From Octopus vulgaris (Eukaryota), in assembly GCA_951406725.2 (NCBI GenBank), contig OX597831.1, positions 73,780,001 to 73,844,000 on the forward strand: a stretch of DNA of 64,000 bases, given 5' to 3'. Each line of letters opens with the position of its first letter. The stretch's first letter is position 1. Below, one piece after another: positions 54,478 to 64,000 of this stretch. A program made the position numbers and the translations under genes. A model generated the notes under the pieces. That model saw only the letters and a program-made list of their open reading frames with translations. It was not told where the DNA came from and did not search any database.

Positions 54478-54700
54478 GATAGACGGAAACTAAGAGAAAC
54501 CCGTCTTATATTTGTGTGTGTGTGTATGTGTGTATTTGTGTCTGTTCCTTGCCATCGCTTGGCAACCGGCGTTTGTATGTTTACAAATCCGTAACTTAAC
54601 GGTTTAGCAAAAGAGTCCGATAGAATATGTATCGGAATCAATTCAAGGAAGTGCTCCAGTATGGCTGCTGTTGAATGACTGAAATCAGTCAAAGATAAAA
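54478..54700 (+). mobile_element. SINE family A, diverged 3' part
   Basis: AGACGGAAACT..GTGCTCCAGTATGGCTGC..GACTGAAA. Confidence 0.75.
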
Positions 54701-55739
54701 GCTAGATCTCCATATTCCTGTGTCTCAATTGCCAGTTATATAGACAAGCGTCAGCGAGGGATCTCTGGTGGCGTCTTGGACCTGCTAAAAGCAGTAGCTA
54801 AACTTCCCTCAAATCGGATTATATTGATCATAAGTGGAGTGCTACCCGCATTATGGCGGGGAACTTTGGAAATATACTTTTGCCGCAGACAATAATTATG
54901 ATTTAACTTTTACCAAATTTGTTGGTGCTTAAAAGGCAATAGGATGAAATGAATACAAATTTTCAAAAGAAATATTTATTACCTTAAAATAATTAAATTA
55001 AATCAAATTTTTCACCTTCTCCTCCTCTTCTCCCTATCCTCTTCTCCCCTTAAACCCTTCTCCTCTTCTCTTCCCCTTCTTCTCTTCCTTCCTCTCCCCG
55101 CCCCTCCCCTTCCCTTAACACTCTTTTCCCTTCCCCTTCTCCACACATTCTCCCCTCCCATTCCCCCTATCCACTTCTCCCCCAATTTTCTTCTTCCTTT
55201 TCCTCCTCCCACTTCTCTTCCTCCTCCCACTTCTCTTCCTCCTCCATTTATGATTGTTACTCTTTCACCGTGTTTGTGTGTAGCATTCCTTTACTCATTG
55301 CCTGTCACCAAGCCTAGTCATCCCGCATATCTTATTTTAACTCTCTACGTGTCTTGCTTTTACTCTCTCTCTCTCTCTCTCTCTCTCTCCCTTCCTGCAA
55401 AAATCAAACAAGCAACCAAACCAACCATTTGGTTTGCCAGAGAAAAATCGAGATGGGATGGTCATGGCTGGAACATCTTGGATCATAGGATGACCTTGGA
55501 TTATACTATGCTTAAAAAGAACAACAACCACAACAGCAGCAGCAGCAACAACATCAACAACAACACAATACCAAATCCGCGGTCATTGCTCCACTTTTCC
55601 CGCCCATCCACCCCTTCCACCACTCGGAACAGTGTGGTGCCGTTTCTAGAATTAAGCTGGCATTACAGCAGCCTCCATATTGCTCACCTACATTTCCAGC
55701 AAAGAATAAATTCCTTCGAAGAGTGATTTCCTGCTCCAG

Positions 55740-55990
55740 AAAATGGCAACAACAACAACAGCAACAACAACAACAACGAAAACAACGCTGAAAAAAGTTG
55801 TTTGTCTTCAGCTGACCTTAGCAACGTTTAGGAAAAGTTGAGTGAAAGGCCCCCTCCAGGGGGCGTTCTTAACGAGAATCTTCTGCTAAATTTTGCTACC
55901 GGAAACCCAACCTATTATTGAAAATGGCGAATCGGAGCGAAAACTGGGTTGCCGGATTTCTTTATATCTTTTCCGAAACTGATTTAAAAA
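55740..55990. promoter_or_regulatory. Candidate regulatory motif cluster (RFX, CTCF, ETS, YY1-like)
   Basis: CCTTAGCAAC 55816-55825; CCTCCAGGGGGCG 55853-55865; ACCGGAAA 55898-55905; AAAATGGCG 55921-55929. Confidence 0.3.
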
Positions 55991-56162
55991 GGGTCAAATA
56001 TTTATTTATTTATCAGTAAAGACGTTGCTGTGGTGATAGTGGTGATTGTGGTGGTGGTGGTGGTGATGGTTCTACCAATTATTTCTGCCCTTATGTGTTC
56101 TGAAAACTGGAAACAATGCAGTGAAGGAGAGGAGGGTGGAGAACCGTGTGTACATGTGTGTG

Positions 56163-56225
<63 letters not shown>

Positions 56226-56759
56226 CTATATGAACATAGGCTGCTTCATATGAATGTGATGTGTGAAATATCACCATTGAGTACAAATAATGTCCCCACC
56301 ATGACGACTACGATGACCACCACTATAACCACCGCTACCACCATCACCATCATCACCACCACCACCACCACCGCCACCATAACAACAATAACAACAACAG
56401 CAGCAGCAACAACAACTCCACTATCAGCCCAATGACCACAAGCCTCGCCTCATCCCCCCTCCCCACCAATACCACCACTGCAAAGACAACAACAGCAACA
56501 TCGCAACTCCGCCACTGCCATAAAAAAAGAACAACAATAGTAGCAGGAAAACAAAACAAAACAAAAAAAGCAATAAATATCATCTTCCATGAAAAACAGC
56601 AGAAAACAAGAACAACATGGACAACAGCTTCTACACAGTCAATCTACTTGCTAGAAAGAACAACCAAATCTCGCAGTAATCACATTCTACGATCATGAAT
56701 TCGATCAAATGATATCGTGAGCATGACATAGCAACAATGAGAGAGTGTATATGAACAAT

Positions 56760-57173
56760 TACTCTTTTACTCCTTTACTCTTTTCCTTGTTTCAGTCATT
56801 TGACTGCGCCATGCTGGAGCACCGCCTTTAGTCGAGCAAATCGACCCCAGGACTTATTCTTTGTAAGCCCAGTACTTATTCTATCGGTCTCTTTTGCCGA
56901 ACCGCTAAGTGACGGGGACGTAAACACACCAGCATCGGTTGTCAAGCAATGCTAGGGGGACAAACACAGACACACAAACATATACACACATATATATATA
57001 TATACATATATACGACAGGCTTCTTTCAGTTTCCGTCTACCAAATCCACTCACAAGGGCATTGGTCGGCCCGGGGCTATAGCAGAAGACACTTGCCCAAG
57101 ATGCCACGCAGTGGGACTGAACCCGGAACCATGTGGGTGATTAGCAAGCTACTTACCACACAGCCACTCCTGC
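56760..57173 (-). mobile_element. SINE family A, full length
   Basis: Reverse complement of family A. Confidence 0.92.
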
Positions 57174-57626
57174 TGTGTATACATCCAAGCATACAATACA
57201 GGGTGTTTGGGATAAATGTGACAATTGGCATAAAAAGTAACGAGAGCATAATATACGGACACAGATCACGTGTCAGCAGACAGCGTAGGGCAGCCATGTT
57301 GCGTTGGCAAATACACTTTGCTAAAACATATCTCAAATCCGAAATAAAAGTATTTTAAAAAGAAGAAAGAAAAAAGAAGAATATATATCAAGTAGATTGT
57401 GTCTGGGAGATAATAGTTTGCTTTTGGTGGAGGTAGTCGGTCCCCACCACAACCTCTACACGGCTAATGTGTTCCTCACCGCGACCCAGCGGAGATCTTT
57501 TGAACATCTTCAACCTGAAAAAAATGGAGGACAGAAAAATAACCGTCAAACTTAGTCCGATACATGTGTGTGTGTGAGTGTGTGTTTGTTTGTGTGTGTG
57601 AGTGTGTGTGTTTGTGTGTGTTTGTT

Positions 57627-57662
<36 letters not shown>

Positions 57663-57699
57663 TGTGTGTGCGTGTGTGTATGTGGTATATGTGTGGTGT

Positions 57700-57920
57700 A
57701 TGTATGTGTGTGTGTCTTTGAATCTGTGTTTGCCTCCCACCATCGCTTGATAACCGATATTGGGTTGTTTACGTCCCGGTATGTTAGCAGTTCTGCAATA
57801 GAGACCAATGGAATATTTATCGGGCTTAAAAAAAAGACTGAGACTGAGGTCCATTCATTCGCCTAAAAATCCAAGGGGTTGCCCCAGCCTGGCCACGGTC
57901 TAATGAAGCAAAATAAAAGA
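57700..57920 (+). mobile_element. SINE family A 3' half, diverged
   Basis: CATCGCTTGATAACCGAT..GCCCCAGCCTGGCCAC. Confidence 0.7.
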
Positions 57921-58218
57921 TTTATACATGTGTCTGTATGCGCTCGTGTGTGTAAGGAAATTTCACATCGACAGGTTTCCGTACAGTTTCCGTCCACCGA
58001 ATCTCACATACCACACGCCAGCAACTGACTACACTGATTGGTCGGTTTCTAGTTGAATGATTACCATTGGTCAATGCCAGCAGACAGCTCCATTGGACAC
58101 GTCATCTGACTTCATTGTTTCGTCTGCTTGACCGATTGCTTTTTAAATCTCTTTTCTTTCTCTTCCACACTACATCACCTCCCCCTCTTTCTCGCCTTTT
58201 ATTTCCATCTTTTTTAGG

Positions 58219-58568
58219 CTTCTTTCTTTCTTTCTTTTTTCTTTCTTTATTTTCTTTCTTTTTTTTGTTTGTTTGTTTGTTTCTTTCTGTTTTCTTTCTT
58301 TTTTTCTTTCTTTCTTTCTTTCTTTTTCTTTCTTTTTTGTTTGTTTGTTTGTTTCTTTTTTCTTTGTTTCTTTTTTCTTTCTTTCTTTTTTCTTTCTTTC
58401 TTTTTTCCTTTCTTTCTTTTTCTTTCTTTCTTTTTTCTTTCTTTCTTTTTTCTTTCTTTTTTTTCTTTCTTTTTTTTCTTTCTTTCTTTCTTTCTTTCTT
58501 TCTTTTTTCCTTTCTTTCTTTCTTTTTCCTTTCTTTCTTCCTTCCTTTCTTTCTTTTTTCTTTCTTTT

Positions 58569-58604
<36 letters not shown>

Positions 58605-58605
58605 T
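58219..58605. repeat. (TTTC)n/polypyrimidine low-complexity tract
   Basis: Directly visible. Confidence 0.95.
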
Positions 58606-60476
58606 CCGCTGCTTTATTTGAATACACGCACAATTACAACAGCAGCAGCAACAGCAGCACCCCCCATCACTGTCACCAGCACCCCCACCTCCGCAGCAGC
58701 AGCAGCACCATTACCATAACCGACAAAATCCCCACCCTTGTCACCATCACCATCAACATCACCGCCACAACCACCAGCGCCATTACCAACGCCACTTCTG
58801 CCACTGATAACACCAACAGTGCCGTTACCACCGGCACCACCACAACCACCACTATCATCATCACCACCACCACCAACACCACCATCACCACCATCATCAT
58901 CATTATCCTCCTCCTCCTCCTCCTCCTCCTCCTCCTCATCATCATCATCATCATCATCACCAACAGTCGTACTAATGTCTACAAGTGTGAAAATAGTCTG
59001 AGAAACATGATGTAGTTTAATCTTCGATTTATCTTAAATTCCTGATGCCACACTGCTACCAAATTCTTAAACATAATTTCTCTGTATCCCCAAAGAAACC
59101 GTAAATATTCTAAGCTTTTCATCGAAATACTGTTAAAGTTCATTCTTATTTTTGTACGAACTTGTTAACTCAATCGCCAATTCCGATAATAAAAAAATCA
59201 ATCTCTCAAAAACTAATTGCCTTCTCTGCTGTTTCTTGCAAACTTTTCTACCACACAGCCATGTCTTGACCTACATACATACATTACACACACACATACA
59301 CACACACACGCACATTCCTTTGCCTGTATATATACATTATTGATAACACTAAGAAGCAGGTGCATCTTTTTGAATCACCAAAGTGAACAGAACTCTGCGA
59401 AGAAGGAATTGTTGTCATGGGACGATATCCAACGATCATCGGGTGTTTCGACTCAGGACTGTTACACACTTCCATTGGTAGGTCAGCCGAGGTGGCCAAG
59501 TCATTGCTTATTATCTACTTCTGGCTTCGAGCTATACCGCCTCCATCTTGCTGCATAACTTGCAAGAGGCATTTGTCGGTTTTATATACATAGATATACA
59601 CACACATAATACAAATATAAATAATTTATACATACAAATATACGTTGTCTCGAATGAACATAAGCACACAACATGCTTGGTAAATACGATAAGATCACAA
59701 AAAGATATTCAAATGGTTGTAGTGAAAAGCGGAAACACAGAAAAGAACTTTCATTTCCGGTTGTCAGATGTGTAACTATGGGAGAGAATTTGTGTGGCTT
59801 AAACAAAGGTTGCCATATTGTTTAGATAAAAGGGATGGAAATCCAACGACGATATTATAGGACAGTTTTAATGGAGTTACTAGCGTGATGGTGATCTCTT
59901 GAGACAGCGATGGTGTTTCAATCTCCGCACATGCCATTGGCCACTTCGAGTTGTGTCCCTTGATTCATTTTCGTTTCCAATAATTTAGCTTCAATAGTTT
60001 GACATATTCTTATTTGTCATTATATTTTTCTTGGAGTTTTATTTCAGTTCTTCAAGAGAGAGATCAAATCGGTCACTAACAAAGCATCAAAACTTAAAAG
60101 GGTACCCAGTGTTTGTAAACATGTGGTGGAGTTCGTGTGTTGGCTGGACTGTGGATGCACACACCCAAATGTGTGCGTCTATGCATCTAAAGAAACTCAG
60201 GTGGAGACTCTTTTGAATGTCTTACAGATCTCCACTGTGCCTCTAATAAATTGGATTTGGAGAGTTCATATACATTTCTTTTGTTCTTTGTTAAAAAAAC
60301 CAGGAACTTTTTGCATTTTGTGTTACTTTGTAAGTAATAAGCCGAATGCCCCAATGATGATAGGTGCAAATGAGAATTCATAGACAAGGTACAAGAACTG
60401 TACGTTCCGTTTTAATTTACCATAAACGTTCACATTTTCTACGATTTTGGATATTACAATCACATCTGCTGGGAAG

Positions 60477-60536
<60 letters not shown>

Positions 60537-60580
60537 TACACATGTATGTATGTATGTATGTATGTATGTATGTATGTATG

Positions 60581-60611
<31 letters not shown>

Positions 60612-60624
60612 CATGTAACATGTA

Positions 60625-61147
60625 ACTGGTAACATATAACCCAGTACAACCTGTTGTATGGTCCGGTCGTCGGCGACTAAACCAGCAAGCCCACCAAGCT
60701 TGCTTGGTGAGGAGGGTGTTTATTGGACACCCTGCGGTATGAAAAACAAAACCCGTCAAAGGGCGGAGGAACTCTTGAGAGTCAACGGCCATCCAATAAA
60801 TGTCTTAAGGCTGTATCATGCGCGGGGACATAGAAATAATCGGACTGAATACCCGATTAAACCATTGGTAGTGAAGGACTCCTAGCCTTTGTTAGGGCAT
60901 CCTTCTAGGAGAAGGTAATTCAGGTAACTGGGATAACTCCGATATAAAACCTGCGGCTCAGTAGTTACCGATGATGTTGACTTGTTCTTCTTTTCGGATT
61001 ATGGCTGCTGTTGCTCAGTGAGTGGGATTGACTCAGTGCACAGCCTTTCCTCACTTTAAAAAAATCTTCTTGCACAGGCATTGCACGATAACAACATTGA
61101 TTAAGCTTCGTGCAATGGCCATATTCGATAACGAAGGGGCAGCCCCC
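60625..61147 (+). mobile_element. Non-coding element in (ATGT)n, probably a non-autonomous RTE derivative
   Basis: GTCGTCGGCGACTAAA and GGGCATCCTTCTAGGAGAAGG..AACTCCGA..AAACC recall RTE 5' UTR motifs; (ATGT)n on both sides. Confidence 0.45.
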
Positions 61148-62039
61148 ATGTATGTATGTACGTATGTATGTATGTATGTATGTATGTATGTATGTATGCA
61201 TGCATGTATGTATGTATGTATGCTTGGTATGAATTTGTATATAGCGAAGCAGAAACAGTGATATTAGACATTGATTACCTCACCATTCCTTTATTCCCGT
61301 TTAATAATATCTGTACTAAATATGTTATCATCTTCTTAATTATTACCTCTTGTTGCAGTTGGTGTTTCTGAACCATATACAATCTCTAAACAATTATAAT
61401 TCATCTTCTTCAAACAGTAAATAACAATCAACAATCACATTGTGATTCTCTCCCCACCACTATTTTCTCATTTGTAGAGGAAGTCCATACTTTGTTGATG
61501 AGATCAGTATAAGGAAGAAACATATCTGTAGTATTGTCCTATACTTGCAGAAATAAAATAAAATTAGGAATTGACTTATCTTGTTGTAATCTTTATTTCA
61601 CCACAAAATTATTTCTAATTAGTTTGTTAATATTCATTGTATTACATACATGAACTGTATGTAATTTAACTATTAAGATACTTATTGTCAAAGAGAGCCC
61701 AGTTATGACCACCCCGAGACAATGTCTGTTTTTGTTTTTGTTCTAAGTGTATGTAGGAATACATTATATAACATGTGCATCCATTTTTCAAAAAAAAAAA
61801 ATGGTATTAGTATGTATTAGACTGGAGAGAATTTTAGCTGCTACTTCCAGCAGTTTGATCGCCCAGAGTGTCCCTCATTGACGTCATCGACATCATTGTT
61901 GCAGTTATTGTTGTTAACCTTAGCATTTTGATATAAACCTTTTCATTAATCAGCCCTAATCTGTTTTAATCTCAAGATATCTTCGCTGAGTCACACATTT
62001 TAAAGATGGCGACATCGGAAAGTACTCTTCCTTCTCCTC

Positions 62040-62395
62040 ACCCGCAGCCTCCACCACCACCACCTGAACCACTACCACCACCACCACCTGAACCACCACT
62101 ACCACCACCACCACTACCACCACTACCACCAGCACCAGCACCACCAGCACCACCAGCACCACCAGCACCACCAGCACCGCCGCCATCACCACCACCACCA
62201 CCACCTCCACCCCCTCGTCCACCAGCACCAGCACTACCACCACCACCACCACCACCACCACCATCGTCACCCCCTCCTCCACCAGCACCCACCACCACCA
62301 CCACCACCACCACCACCACCATCGTCACCCCCTCCTCCACCAGCACCAGCACCAGCACTACCACCACCACCACCGTCCTCCCTCCACCCCACCAT
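62040..62395. repeat. (CCA/GCA)n compound microsatellite with 57-bp duplication
   Basis: ACCATCGTCACCCCCTCCTCCACCAGCACC at 62260 and 62317. Confidence 0.9.
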
Positions 62396-62949
62396 ACATC
62401 TCCATTTTATCACCAAAGATCTTCGCGAACGTAAGAAGTGCGCACGGATGATGCGTATGCACGTGTATGCGTCTATATGCGTAGAGTGGGTGTATGTGTT
62501 TGTATGCATGCATCTACGAGTGCGCTTGTGTTCGTGTCTGTATGTGTGCGTATCTGTATGCGTCCGTTGTGTGTGTGTGTGTGTCTCTGTGTGTCAGTGT
62601 CTGTGTATATATCTGCCTAGACGTGTGTGAATGTGAATGTGAGTGTGTGTGTATGAGCATGCACATGAGCGTATGTATGTGCGTAAGTATGTGTGTAAGT
62701 ATGTGTGTAAGTATGTGTGTAAGTATGTGTGTGTGTGTGTAAGTATGTGTGCGTGTTGTTAGCCGAGGTGTGAGCTTATTGTTTATAGTATTAGTGGTAT
62801 TATTATCATCTGTAATGGCGGAGGCGGTAGCAGTGTGGAGGTGGTGGTGGTGGTGGTGGAGGCGATGGCGTGATGGTTAGAGTACGACTAGTGGTGAATG
62901 ATGGTTATAGTAGCCTTAGCAGTTGTGGGCGTTAAAGTAAAAGCCATTG

Positions 62950-62988
<39 letters not shown>

Positions 62989-63032
62989 ACAGTAGTAGTA
63001 GTAATAGTAGTAGTAGTAGTAGTAGTAGTAAC

Positions 63033-63069
<37 letters not shown>

Positions 63070-63075
63070 ACAGTT

Positions 63076-63113
<38 letters not shown>

Positions 63114-63191
63114 CTCGGATTGGCCTGTTTCGTACGTTTTATGAGAATTTCAAATCGGCAGCATTATTAAGCCTGTCTGACACACAGCCTG

Positions 63192-63234
<43 letters not shown>

Positions 63235-63360
63235 CACAAAGGTATATGTATATATATGCATGCATCTATCTAAATATATATGTGTGTATGTGTATATATA
63301 TATACACATATATAGATATATACACATATATATATATGTATATATATGTATGTATGTATG

Positions 63361-63415
<55 letters not shown>

Positions 63416-63937
63416 AAAGAGGAAAAATGACGCTAATTCGGAAGCCATTATGGATTCTTATCTCCAACCTCAGCTGTGAACTTGGAACCTAAAGCATAAC
63501 CAATTATAACACGTACACAGCGTACTTATTCGTTTAGATCACCAGCGAACTAAACCTCTCATATTCTATATATATATATGATTAAAAATCGTGTTGTAAA
63601 CAAACATATGAAAATATACTAAATTCACAAGCAAACAGAAAGCACAGAGTATCACCAACATTTCATCAGTTATCGGCCAGAGGATCAAAGGCAATTTCGA
63701 CCATTATCGATAATGTTGATTCCACTCTGGGGACATCGGCAAGAAACTTGCCGGGAACGGGACCAAAAGATAATAAAACGAGGCGGGTTCGAGACGAGAC
63801 CGTTAGTGAGAGTAATATTATCAATAAGGGCTGACATTGCGCTTGACCTTCTTGCCGATAATTGAAGTGGAGTTGGTGACCCTCTGTGTTTTCCGTTCGT
63901 CTATTTGGTATATGTTTGTTTACAATACATATTTTAA

Positions 63938-64000
<63 letters not shown>

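Noticed and set aside
57197-57300. TACAGGGTGT mariner-like TIR start
   Set aside because: No matching second TIR found
62006-62434. Proline-rich ORF with good start context (formin/extensin-like)
   Set aside because: Almost entirely CCA/GCA microsatellite, like other arrays in the window

Overview
Repeat-saturated, AT-rich eukaryotic DNA with no recognisable host gene exon, most likely intergenic or deep-intronic. The SINE families and microsatellite density resemble octopod cephalopod (Octopus-type) genomes; this is from recall, not a database search. Nearly all ORFs in the track are translations of microsatellites. The real content is mobile elements: (i) decayed R4/Dong-type and Hero-type RLE retrotransposons, several next to (TAA)n arrays; (ii) one young 5'-truncated CR1/L2-group LINE in a (TA)n array, whose 3' stem-loop co-varies with the tail of the commonest SINE; (iii) about 25 tRNA-derived SINE copies of four families, one with four alternative 3' modules; (iv) a 1.16-kb non-autonomous Helitron carrying a 34-bp minisatellite amplified from a SINE fragment; (v) a Tc1/pogo-type MITE; (vi) many short Penelope-like remnants, often in (TA)n, with about ten minimal hammerhead-ribozyme-like motifs and fold-back/inverted structures. 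I found no convincing novel protein-coding system. The most interesting signals are RNA-structural and mobile-element chimaeras.
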